NCBI RefSeq assembly: GCF_006345805.1
Contig: NC_043009.1
Coordinates: 24,180,001-24,244,000 of the forward strand
Direction of reading: 5' to 3'
Origin: Octopus sinensis
Taxonomy: Eukaryota
Length of the DNA stretch: 64,000 nucleotides
Shown: positions 37,905 through 50,961 of the stretch, piece after piece
Numbering within the stretch: the first letter of the stretch is position 1
How the letters are laid out: each line of letters opens with the position of its first letter
Translations under genes and position numbers: made by a program
Notes under the pieces: generated by a model
Seen by the model: only the letters and a program-made list of their open reading frames with translations
Databases searched by the model: none
Told to the model about the DNA's origin: nothing

Positions 37905-38419
37905 ATCTATATATATAAAACTGTAGTTGTGTGAGTGTCTGTCCCCTTCGATTTAGATTCCTAACTACTCCCACATTTTGCGGTGCAGTTTAACCAAATT
38001 CGGGTATCTTATAGTCGTGATTCATATCAAGCCCGTCTGAGTATTAGCGCGCGTCTACGATGAGTCTACGATTTTAAAAATAATTTAACATAATTTTTTA
38101 TTCCATTTTAATGCATAATTTTTCGTGTGTCGATGGCGGCGGAGTTGACGTCCATGGTCACACCTGCACCTGTTTGCTTCTCCCCCTCCTTCCCTCCCTC
38201 GTGAAGCTGTGGGGAAGGGAGTGTAAGGAAATCAACGTCGTAAAGCGTTGTCAAGGAGACCCGCGTTCTTTTAGAACAACGACTTCATGGTTTGAAGACA
38301 CCAAAACAGAAATGGCTAAGAAAGCCCGAATTGGCATCTATAAGGGAAGTAACTCCCTAAAAATGCTTATATAGTTATTTCCCTTACAAATCCGAGCAAC
38401 GCCGGGCGATACTACTAGT
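37905..38419 (-). mobile_element. Non-autonomous Helentron/Helitron-like element, second copy with different interior
   Basis: Ends match 34298-34691; central ~250 bp is unrelated. Confidence 0.65.
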
Positions 38420-38427
38420 ATATATAT

Positions 38428-38780
38428 AACTTAGATAACTTAGATATGTTTCGACCAAAGATTGGTCCAGGCTATGTCTAACTTAATAGCACCACCTGAT
38501 AGGATTATTCGAATCCTGTTTAAGTCAAGTTTTGTTCAAGTAGTGAGTTCTTGTTGGGTGAGTTGTATCAAGTTTTGTTCAAGTAGTGAGTTCTTGTTGG
38601 GTGAGTTGTATCCAATTATGGGTGGCTTATCTGGTATTCTTTGAAGGAATCTATCCAGACTCCGTTTAAAGTTGATGGGATCCTTTTCCTCTTTGATCTC
38701 CCTCGGGACAATGTTAAATAGGGCAGGGCCAGAGATAATATGATTTATTGTTTCTTGTCCATCTCCACATATTCTACAGT
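38428..38780 (-). mobile_element. Chimeric LINE fragment: Dong-like CCHC piece fused to a CR1/L2-group 3' end
   Basis: Reverse translation CRICGDGQETINHIIS then GPALFNIVPREIKEEKDPINFKRSLDRFLQRIPDKP. Confidence 0.7.
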
Positions 38781-38783
38781 TAC

Positions 38784-38829
<46 letters not shown>

Positions 38830-38860
38830 GTTGTTGTTGTTGTTGTTGTTATTATTATTA

Positions 38861-38926
<66 letters not shown>

Positions 38927-39160
38927 GTGGTCGAATCTTTGGGCCTTGAACATTTTACGTTCCAAGTTCAAAGTCTATAGAATAAAGTGCCCCTAAAGTA
39001 CTGAGATCGACATAACTGCCTTTCCCACTTACACGAAAATTGCTGGCCTAGTACAAAATTTGAAACCATTATCATCATCATCATGATTATTATTATTGTT
39101 GTTGTTGTTGTTATTATTATTATTATTTTTATTATTGTTGTTGTTATTATTATCATTATT

Positions 39161-39706
39161 GAGTGAGAGAGCAGTTCATGCCATCAAAGTGACACTGGGG
39201 TAAAATATACGAAGCCCAATATACCCATCATGACTACCCGTCTGATAAGGGTACACCAGGCACATGCATCACAACCATATGTGCGCGACATGGTGATCTC
39301 ATATCAAGATAAACAGCACATGACCTTGCAGGTGGGGCCCAGTTAGAAATTTCTTCAGGTTGAGTAGCCCATCCCGCTCAAAAGGTCACTGAATAAGGGT
39401 TGTTTAAGGATGTTGAAAGAACCACCCATGTTTCCAGAGGTGAATTATTCAAACCCCAAAGAATCCTTCTCAACACATGGCTATGATGCTCCCCCACTAC
39501 TTCTGCTCGTGATCAGAGATGCACATATCGTCAGCCACTAAGGGACATGCTCAACTGGTTAAGGTCAAACAACTGACAAGCAAATCTTTGGTATTGAGCA
39601 GAATATTTGCTGTAGCCCATCTTTTATACCAAGACAAAACAATGTACATGGTAACACTTCCGATCAGTTAAGATCAGAAGCCACGAGAGCCACTGCCTGG
39701 TACTGC
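39161..39706 (-). mobile_element. ~560-bp (AAT)n-flanked element, near full length
   Basis: Reverse complement of 9445-10005. Confidence 0.85.
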
Positions 39707-39729
39707 TATTATTATTATTATTATTATTA

Positions 39730-39790
<61 letters not shown>

Positions 39791-39991
39791 CATCATTATT
39801 ATGTGGTCCAATGTTTGGGCCTTGACATTTTACGTTCCAACTTCAAAGTCTATAGAATAAAGTACCCCTAAAGTACTGAGATCGACATAACCGCCTTTCC
39901 CACTTGCACTAAAATTGCTGGCCTAGTACAAAATTTGAAACCATCATCATCATCATTATCATTATTATTATTTTTGTTGTTGTTGTTGATG

Positions 39992-40046
<55 letters not shown>

Positions 40047-40068
40047 CATCATCATTATTATTATTACC

Positions 40069-40285
40069 AAGGCGGCAAGCTGGCAAAATGGTGAGCACGC
40101 TGGGTGAAATGCCTCGCGATATATCGTCCGTCTTTACATTCTGCGTTCACATGCCGCTGGGGTCAACTTTGCCTTTTTTTCCTTCCAGTGTCCAAAAGAT
40201 AAATACCAGCTGAATACTGAGGTCCATGTAATCAACTTAGCCCCTCTCACCAAATTTCCGACCTTGTGCTTTTAATAGCAAGGAT
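40069..40285 (+). mobile_element. SINE family A, diverged
   Basis: GGCGGCAAGCTGGCAAAA head; (ATT)n tail. Confidence 0.7.
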
Positions 40286-40301
40286 TATTATTATTATTAT
40301 C

Positions 40302-40333
<32 letters not shown>

Positions 40334-40359
40334 TATTTTTATTATTATTACTGCTACTA

Positions 40360-40396
<37 letters not shown>

Positions 40397-40679
40397 CGTT
40401 GTTGTTATTTTTATTGCTGCTGCTGCTTCCGCTACTGTTGCTGTTACTGTTTTTGTTTTTGCTGGTGTTGTTATAGACGGTAATGGCATCACACGTCACG
40501 CAACATATTGTAAACTTGTCCTTGATTGAAGTACAAACAGAGTTGTCATTCTATAGAGTTCCATTAGTCAAACGGAAATAGCAGTGGAAGGCAAAACCAG
40601 ACACTTACACACACACGCACACGCAGAGACACTCAGAGATACAATTATCTGTCTGTATATATATATATATGTATGTATG

Positions 40680-40718
<39 letters not shown>

Positions 40719-41584
40719 ATATATATATATAATATATATATATATATACATATACATACATACATAAATACATGCATACATACAAGTATACACTGTTAGT
40801 TTTGCAGACACGCATGTCTATTTTTGTTCAGTTCTTAGTAGAACCAGGGAAAATGTGTTTAATGGTCACTGAACTTTAGAGATGCCAAGGTCACTAAGCA
40901 ATGAAACATAGATGAAAAGCTGAAAAAAACAAGAGTGAATAAAAACAAATAAATTACTTGAAACAAAAACTACTGTTTTCTAAAAATAACAAATACAGTA
41001 AAAAAAAACGAACTATGTGGAGTTCAATTTTACGCATAAAATTGACAAACTGAGGAAGGAAATATTTTATTATCATCATCATCATCATCACCATCATCAT
41101 CATCGGTATCATCTTCATCATCATCATTATCAACATTATCATCATCACCATCACCAGCATAATCATCACCATTATCATCATCATCATCATTGTCATTATT
41201 GTCATCGTCGTCCTCATCATCATCATCGTCATCGTCATCATTATAAATATTATCATATCATCATCGACATCATTATTGTCAACATTATCACCACTAACGA
41301 CTTCACCATCAACAGCCTCCTTCTCATCCTCCTCCTCATCGTTATTTTCACCATCTTCTTCCTCCTTCTCCTCGCCTCGTCATCGCCCCTCCTCTTCCTA
41401 CTCACCATCACCATCATCATCTTCGTCGTCTTTTGTCCTCTTCCTCATCATTGTCGCCCTCTTTTTCCTTTTTATCCTCTTGATCAACTTCCTCGTTAGT
41501 CACATCATCGTAATCATGAACTCACATCTTTGCTCGGCTTCTCGCCATCATAATAACAATCGGCGTTGTTTGAATAATATCAAG

Positions 41585-41764
41585 TTCCTGTACTCTTGTT
41601 TCAGTCATTTGACAAACACAGACACACAAACATATACACACACATACATATATATAGATATATAGTAATATTTTAGTAATATTTTTGGTAGAAATGACTG
41701 ATTGTCCCTCTTAGCGTATGGCGTGTATGTAGAATGCCTCCTGGCATGTATGTATAATGCCCTC

Positions 41765-41804
<40 letters not shown>

Positions 41805-41978
41805 TACATACATATATACGACGGGTTTCTTTCAGTTTCTGTCTACCAAATCCACTCACAAGGCTTTGGTCTGCCTGAGGCTATAGTAGAAGACATTTGC
41901 CCAAGTTGCTGCGCAGTGGAAATGAACCCGGAACCATGTGGCTGGTAAGCAAGTTACTTACCACACAGCCACTCCTGC
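41585..41978 (-). mobile_element. SINE family B, interrupted
   Basis: Head at 41820-41978, tail remnant at 41585-41640. Confidence 0.7.
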
Positions 41979-41987
41979 GCGTGTAGT

Positions 41988-42045
<58 letters not shown>

Positions 42046-43003
42046 TCATCAGTCATTTTAAGCCAGTATAAATCATTAGTGAAACCGACTGCAGTCAATA
42101 CCAAATGAGAAGTTGGAGACCCAAGGCAATTGTTCGGCCTTCTTCGAAAAAATTTGCTTATATTTTGGTCGGTCTTTTCTTTTAATACTTCGTTTACTGT
42201 AGGCCAAAGCGAACTTCCATCTGATCATGTGGAGATATGTAGAGCAATCTGACCCGCTCATGGCTCTTGTTCCAAGACATCGTTCTGATCTCTTCTCTGA
42301 GTAATTATTCAGTTTAACAAGTGACAGTACTTAGAGCGAAGGTGAATACAAGTGGGCTTTTGAAGGGGGTGTTTAAAATTACGAGGCTGAATTCGGAGCA
42401 GTGGACTAGCGTCTTAGCGTTTAGGTTTCCCTTTCCTACTCCATTTTTGCCTATTACACCATTTTTAGGAAACAATAATTATATCTAGTTTGTTAATTAA
42501 ATACATTGTCAGTCACCTTGTTATTCAAATCCTCCGCCACTCGTCACTTTGAATTATTTCTCTTTAGTTGGGTCTCATTTGGGCAAAAATATGTTCTATG
42601 CTTTCTTTTTTGAAATTATATATATCTATGTCTTACATTCACCTCGAAATAAAATGGGAACAAATGCTGTGCGGATGACGACTATTGAAGCAGAAATGAG
42701 TATCAACAGCTGTCACCATTTATTCAGACAAATTTTTCTAAATAACAAATCAATTTTGAAGAATTCTTGATTCTTGAGTTCAATTCGACTTGCTGCAATT
42801 TTATAGTCTCACCTCGGCTGAAAACTTGAGTTAACTTCAACAAACCTAGAAGTAAATTTACTATTGGTTGTTTACCTGGTGAATATGAGTTGCAGGAGAC
42901 CCTCTCTGACCAATGCCTTGTGATTGGATTTGGGAGACAACAACTGAAATATGTCTATTATATATATATTTTATCATGAAGAACATTGTAGTTACCGGTT
43001 CAG

Positions 43004-43042
<39 letters not shown>

Positions 43043-43051
43043 ATATATATA

Positions 43052-43439
43052 ATTAGTGAATGGAAGAAATGGAGTTGAACGAGCGTCCTCGTTCGAATTG
43101 CTTTGCTGCGCCTCTGTTTTGTTTTGTTCTGACAACGTAATTCCTGGTTTTTCCTGAAGAGAAAGCTGCAATATGGTATCCTTATTTAATCAGAATATGG
43201 AAAATTGTGGCCTTTGAAACATGTGTAGAATGTAATAAAAGGAATTCTGTACAATCTTCGTTCAACTCCATTTCTTCCATTCACTAATTATATTAAACTT
43301 CAATTATCCGCACCAACGCACGGTTGCAACACCATATGGTCTTATCTCCAACCGTGTTTTTTTCTGCTGTGATTTTTGCTACCCAGGTATCGGTTAAACT
43401 TTTGAATAATCTGTAACAAGAAAATTCATCTTTCCATTT

Positions 43440-43445
<6 letters not shown>
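43052..43445 (+). mobile_element. Family P2 element with short inverted 5' arm and hammerhead at 43149-43232
   Basis: 43052-43082 is the reverse complement of 43259-43289; TTTTC-CTGAAGA-GAAAGC...GCCTTT-GAAAC-ATGT-GTA-GAA. Confidence 0.75.
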
Positions 43446-43478
<33 letters not shown>

Positions 43479-43612
43479 CAAAATGAGCAACAAGGATATC
43501 CAAAGGTATTCTTGTTGCTTATTTTGATTATAATCACCCCATTTGATTGATATGGATAATACCATGCCAAATTCTGGTGCCTTTAACTTAAGTACCACCA
43601 TATTCATCTGAA

Positions 43613-43648
<36 letters not shown>

Positions 43649-44290
43649 GATATACATAATGTCACCTTTGTAAATTAATATATATATATACATACATATA
43701 TACATACATATATATATACATACATATATGTATATAATTATTATGTATATATATCCAGTTAAATGAAGAAAAGAAAATGGAGAGTAGGAAGTCAATAATT
43801 ATTTATTTATTTTTCCACAAACATTTCTATTTTTACTCTATTTACTTTTCAAGTTATCTTTATTTTACTTTATTCCTAATTGTATTCTAATCAATCTGTA
43901 CACCCTTCATCCGAGCAAATAATAATACAAATTATAAACCCTAATATTTTATCTGCTGAAATGAACTGATGCAACATCTAAAAGTTAAACTTTTTTTCTG
44001 GTGAAATTCTGCTCGTCACATAAATGTAGATTTAAAGAACAAATTTGTAATTAGATTATTGAGTATTGATTGAAACGACTGTAAGAAGTAATGATGATCA
44101 ATTTGTTAATAATAGTAAATCTTACTCTCCATTTTCTTTTCTTTATTTAACTGGATATAAACTATATGCTTAATATATACATATTGCTTTAAGGGAATTT
44201 CATTCCCTAACAACACTAGGTATTGAACCACTATTTTCTTGGATGTAACTATCCCTTTATGAAGTTAACATCATATCCTTTTATTAAATA

Positions 44291-44349
<59 letters not shown>

Positions 44350-44449
44350 GTTTGTAATAATGTACGGAACTATGGAAAGCGTGTTAAAGGCCAAGAGATT
44401 CCCTCTTTTTAATAAAAAATATTTTCTGTTTATTTCTGTTATTTTTTAC

Positions 44450-44701
44450 CTTCTTGCATTCATTATGCTGCGGCCATGCTGGAGTACCGCCTTAAACAAT
44501 TTGATTTAGTCGAATGAATCGACCCAAGTGCTTATTATTCTGTTAAGCTTGGTACTTATGCCATCGTCCCTTTTGCCGAACCGCGAAGTTACGAAGACCT
44601 AAACACGCCAACACTGGTTAAGAGGTGGAGGGGACGTACACAGGAACAAAGACACACACAGGCACACTCACAATAAATAAATAATATATATATATATATA
44701 T

Positions 44702-44742
<41 letters not shown>

Positions 44743-44900
44743 CGATGGGCTTCTTTCAGCCTCTGTCTACGAAATCCACTCACTTTAGTAGGCCAAAGGT
44801 CATAGTAGAAGCCACCTATCCAAGGTGCCATGCAGTGGAACTGAACCCGGAACCATGTGGTTGGGAAGCAAGCTACTTATCCCGCAACCACACTTGTACC
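44450..44900 (-). mobile_element. SINE family B
   Basis: Tail, (TA)n and head motifs in reverse. Confidence 0.75.
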
Positions 44901-44992
44901 TGGTGCTGGTGGTGATACATAGTTATACACACGTATGTCTGTCGCCAGTAAAGGAAGTTATCTATCTATCTGTCATTATATATATGTCTCTC

Positions 44993-45099
<107 letters not shown>

Positions 45100-45100
45100 C

Positions 45101-45145
<45 letters not shown>

Positions 45146-45842
45146 TTATGGCTCTTTTCTTGTATATATACTGGTCGTTGTAATGCTTCGTACAGGCTGC
45201 AAGTTTTGATATTTTGCCTGTAGAAAGAAAAAAAATGAAAATTTTAAAATATTGTAAAAAATGTAAGAATGTTATTGGCTACAATTAAAAAATCCTATTA
45301 AGCTAACGAAGTAAACAGGAAATATAGAAGCGAGAGTGTGAATTCAAGCAGACTTCGAATTTATACTTAGGTATCTCCAAAATATTTAGAATTCTAAAAT
45401 AGCAGCTCAGAAAATCACACACTAAAAGAAAGTAGAAAATGAAAATAAAAAATGTGAATAATACAACTACGAACGAAATTATTAATTTAAAATAAAATAA
45501 AGCTAAATCAAGAAGTGTAAATTATTAAATTAAAATGTAAAACAGAAAATGAAGTAAAATGTTTTAATACTAATTAAATATAAAATGTAATTAAATTTAA
45601 TATGATGAATTGAAAAATAAATGTTTGTGTATACTTATGTGTATGTTTAAGTCTTTCAAAGGTATCTACGATACGAATGTGTCTCATGCACAGACGTACC
45701 AAATCAAACACATGTTTGAACCGAAACACATACAGACACAATTTTAAACATCGAAGAATATTAAGTCTATGATGATAGTTATGTAGGTGTTTGGAAGCAC
45801 AATTCTAATTTATTGAAGTATATATATATATACACGACAGGC

Positions 45843-45896
<54 letters not shown>

Positions 45897-46305
45897 GACA
45901 GACTTCTTTACATATATATATATATATATATATATATCAGCGAGTGAGTGGAGAGGCGAAAGAAAAAAGAGAACTAAGCACATTTTGTAGGAGTCACATG
46001 CATTATTTAAAATAGTTTGGTTCGGCTCTATGTGACTTAAAGTTTTGCAGGCCCCTAACAGAACCTGCCCCTTTCACGCTTTATATTTAACGATTCGATA
46101 GTTTAAAGCCTAACAGAGGCGGGCTTCTGTTAGTGGCCTGCGAAATTTGAAATCGCAGGCAGCCTAATTGAACTGTTTTGAATATACATACACAAGTGCA
46201 TACATACATACATACATAGATATATAGACATATGCATAAATACGTTCATTCACACACAAACACGTACACACAAAGAGACATATATATATATATATTTACA
46301 GAGAG

Positions 46306-46340
<35 letters not shown>

Positions 46341-46599
46341 TGTGAGAGAGAGAGAAAGAGAGAGAGAGAAAGAGAGAAAGAGAGAGAGAAAGAGGGAGAG
46401 AGAAAGAGTGAGAATGAATGAGAGAGAAGGAGAAAGAGAAAGCAGAATGTCACGTGATCAATACGACTTGTCATTGATAAGTAATATCAATCAATAAGAA
46501 AATTAATCCACTGACAAACAGCTGTAGTGTGATCATCGAAAGTCTAAAAGCTGTCTTTACCCCAGCTATATATACATACACGCATACAGATGTGGGTGT

Positions 46600-46667
<68 letters not shown>

Positions 46668-47061
46668 ATATATATACATATATATATATATATATTATTA
46701 TATATATATATACATATATATGTATCTATATCTATCTATCTATCTATCTATCTATCCATCTATCTATCTATCTATCTATATATATATATATTTATATCTG
46801 CTTATATGTTAGTGTGTTTATGCAAAAGCAATCTACTGTGGCGATAAAACGCTTTCACTAATGTACTCGCAATTATTTTGCCTAAAACAACTTCCTGTTC
46901 ATGTCTCGACTATGAAACCCTGGAAACTACACAAATGTTGCTTAATTTCTCAACACGAAATAGTATTTTGCCTACAATTTTTGAATTGGAGAGAAAATTC
47001 ACAGGTAATAACGAAGTAACTAAAAGTGGGCGTTGGTAATATATAGAAAAACGCAATCAGA

Positions 47062-47237
47062 TAGGTGCAGGAATGACTGGGTAATTAACAAATTCACTTT
47101 CAAACCACGTGGTTTTGAGTTCAGTCCTTCTGCAAGGCACTCTGGGCTAGTGTCTTTTTCTGTAGCCTCGGGTCGGCCAATAACCTGTGAATGAATTTGC
47201 TAGACAGAAACGGCCTGTAAAACCATCATATATATAT

Positions 47238-47292
<55 letters not shown>

Positions 47293-47860
47293 ATACATAC
47301 ACACGCATATATACACACTTACATACATATACACACACATACACACCTGTAAGTATTGGGGACCTGGGATATGTAACACACTGCCTAAATACCAATCTTA
47401 AGAAATTAGGCTTCTCAAAACCTGAAAGGAGAAAGCTAATTTGAAGACAACAGATCCAATTCATCACTGGAACTGCAAAAATCTGTGAAAGTCTTTCTAC
47501 ATCTTATCATTTATGGTTTATCATATGAGCATGTCTAGATATGCAACTATATGTATGAGAATAACATGCATAAAGTAAAACCCACAAATCTGCACATATA
47601 CATACAGAAGGTGTATGTACGTGTGTGTGTGCGTGTATATGTGTATGTGTGTATACGTGTGCGCGCGCGCATGTGTGTGTGTGTGTGTGTATGTTGGGTT
47701 GCTAATGTTTCTGTAAGCTAGCGATTCTGAAAAAAGGACCGGATAGAATAAGTAGCAGGGTCTAAAAAAATAAGTACCGCTGTCGATTCATTCGAGTAAA
47801 ATATTCTTCAAGGTGGTGACCCAGCATGGGCACAGTGAAATGACTGAAAGAAACACGAGA
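47062..47860 (+). mobile_element. SINE family B interrupted by an RLE-LINE 3' end (47348-47600)
   Basis: Insert translates IGDLGYVTHCLNTNLKKLGFSKPERRKLI, typical of an RLE C-terminus. Confidence 0.65.
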
Positions 47861-48627
47861 TAAAAGATAAAACACACATATACATACATGCACGCACGCA
47901 CAGACACACACACAGACGCACAAACAAAGATACACAGAAACAGACACAGGCACATACATAATACTGTTGCGTGATTGTAAGATCAACAAAGATCAAAAAA
48001 AGGATCTGAAATCTTCAGCGGTTGTAAACACATGTCTGAATACATTTTAAAGAGTTAAAATATTCCGGCTATACTTGATTAACTTATTAATATCTTTCCA
48101 GCTTTATAGCTTAAGGTCTAAGATAGATAACTGTTTTCCCGTTTTACTTCTTACATTTACTTTTTCGTTTTCCGTTTCCCATTGTTATCCTTATATGTTT
48201 TCTATATGCTTCCTTCTCAACTTCGCGCATTTCTTCTTTTATTTTTAGTTCGTAATGATATGTGTTTTGTGCTTGATGAATATGTTAGAGGTATTTCTCA
48301 AAATCTGAAACTGTTAGTAGCACATATAAACATCTATTGTGTTTATTAATATACATATATATATATTGAGAAAAATTGTCAGAATTTTGAAAAAATGTTT
48401 TTATTTCTTCATTATTATTAGCGCCTTCGTTCCTTTCTCTTTGCAAATAAAATTTTGTGAATGCACAAACAGCTTGTTCATTTATATAAGACAAAAGTAT
48501 TTTGAGGGGTTTTGTTTAGAAGAGAACATGTTTTTTAGTTTTTTGGGGTGAGGTTCCATGACAGTGGAGATGGAAAGATAGAAATATAGGTAGGTAGATA
48601 GATGGATAGATAGATAGGTAGAAGGAC

Positions 48628-48666
<39 letters not shown>

Positions 48667-49019
48667 GGCATCCCCTTCCTATTCGCCATTCATTTATTTA
48701 TTTAGTCCTTTACCATTGCATTGGAATGGGTTTAAGGATTGTGACCTCTTAAAAAGATAATAATAATAAAACAGGTGCAGTTTGGTGATCATTGGAACTC
48801 ATTTTGCTTTCTCTCTCTCTTCTCCTTTCCTTATTTTCCCTCTCTTTCTTTCTTTTTCTCCTCTTTGTCTTATATTTAGAATACAAAATGTACTGTCTCC
48901 TTTTTTCTTTCAAACATTCAATTTTGGAGATAATTTTTTGATGAAATGCAGTTCCATTGCTTTTCGATCGTCCCGTGCACATATGTAAATGGGAAAGATT
49001 TTAAATTTTCCGTTGCTGC

Positions 49020-49632
49020 ATATTTCCAGATGCTAACTTAATGGTTGGCTTCTGCTATACCGTAAGGTGTTTTCTTTTCAATCAGATTTTTGATTTTAGG
49101 GCTTTGTAGGAGTTCGATTTTATGGCGTGAAAGATGTTGGCTATTCCAGGATTGTGTGTGTTACGAACGGAATCGTGCTTTCATTAACTTTTCCATTAGG
49201 TGTCCATAGTTGGGTGATATTCAGTTTCATCGCATTTTTTTATTCCCTCCTTAATTAATCCTAAGGGTTATTTCTGCATTGTGAGGAAGCCTTTCAGTTC
49301 ACTGAATCGGATTTCACGTATTTTGAGGTCAGTTACTATAGCACGGATGCGTCTTGCCATGCTGTATGGGATGTTTCTTTTGATGTGTGATGGATGGCAA
49401 GAGTAAAACTTTAAATATTGGTGTGTGTCAGTTTATTTGTAAAATATGTCTGTTGTGACTGGAGTTCTGTATTTGTATGTAGATATCTAGGAATGGTCGT
49501 TCGTTGCCACTGTCGGGAATTTGATAGATGGGTGAAGTGTGTTCAGTATATTGTTAAATATATTTAGATCTTCATTCAATTTATCCCAGAAGATGAAGCA
49601 ATCATCAAGGAAGCATTTCCACTTTTTAATCA
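49020..49632 (-). pseudogene. Decayed PLE RT fragment (second lineage)
   Basis: Manual reverse translation KKWKCFLDDCFIFWD...TDIFYK.TDTHQYLKFYSCHPSHIKRNIPYSMARRIRAIV. Confidence 0.8.
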
Positions 49633-49865
49633 TATATTTCTTGTATTCCTGATCAAACTTGTTTCCTACTTCCTCCTAAAATATTTGTTTTATATAAATG
49701 GACAAGCTGTTTATTTAACAAGTTTGAGAAGGAAACGAAAGCGCTAATAATAATGAAGAAATAAAAAGATTGTTTCCCAAAATTCTTACGACATTTTTCT
49801 GAATATTGAATTTCTGTACATCGCACCTAACACTCTATACATACATACATACATACATACATACA

Positions 49866-49901
<36 letters not shown>

Positions 49902-50961
49902 TGTATATATATGTTTATATATATGTATATATATATATATATATATATGCAAAAAAACACTAAGTCAAGCAACATCCCACATACAAGCAATTCGAAACAA
50001 AAATATATCACATACAGAAATTTTACACACATCACAAACGAAAACAACCATAGATTCCTACACACACACAACAATCGGAGGCAACAATACCACCGTTTCC
50101 CCGAACCAATATCACACAACCTCACAGACAACTCATGCAAACAAAATTACACCCAACATTTTTTAGCCCGGGACCAGAGACACCAGGACACAGGCTGGAA
50201 TCTAGTAATAAGGAAAAACCGAAGATAATCAACCTTTCAACCAAACCTCTCTCTAACATAAAAATTGACATCCTCTCAAAAGGGCTCAAATTTACGCCAA
50301 CTCCACGCAGAGCCAACCTAAATGAAATCAAGGATAATATAACAGAATTCAGCAGAAAATTAAGACTAGCAGAAGCATCAACCAGTTTCAATACTGAAGA
50401 TGAATTACTAGTCAAGAACAAAAGTGAACACATCCCCCACAGAGGAAGAAATAAAGATCTTGACGAGTTCTGCAGCCACATTTAGAACTTTCCCTACCAT
50501 ACTATACATAAACAGACAGTTAACTCAAATTTTAACACTGCACAATGGAAGTAACTGATAGAACTTCAAAATGATGAAGATATAACCATTAAGGAAGCAG
50601 ACAAAGGAAGTGCAGTTGTAATAATGGATACATCATACTATAGAAATCTTGTAATTTCCTTGCTTGATGACAATCAACATTATGAAAAAATCACCAACTA
50701 CACCCCGCAAAAAATAATGAAAACTCTATCTTCACTAATTAAAACCCATGAAAAGGAACTAACAACCAAAGAGATTGAATTTCTAACAAACTTTAAATGC
50801 AAGCCTAGCCTCTTCTATGGTCTGCCAAAAATACATAAAAGCCAAATTATAAATGAAACCATTAAAAAAATACATACATACACACACCTAACCCGGGGGA
50901 CCTAAAACTACGACCCATTGTAGCTGGCCCAACCTGTGAAACACACAGATTAAGTCTATTT

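Noticed and set aside
42050-42340. Possible PLE N-terminal fragment (MIRWKFAL)
   Set aside because: Similarity is too short to support without a search
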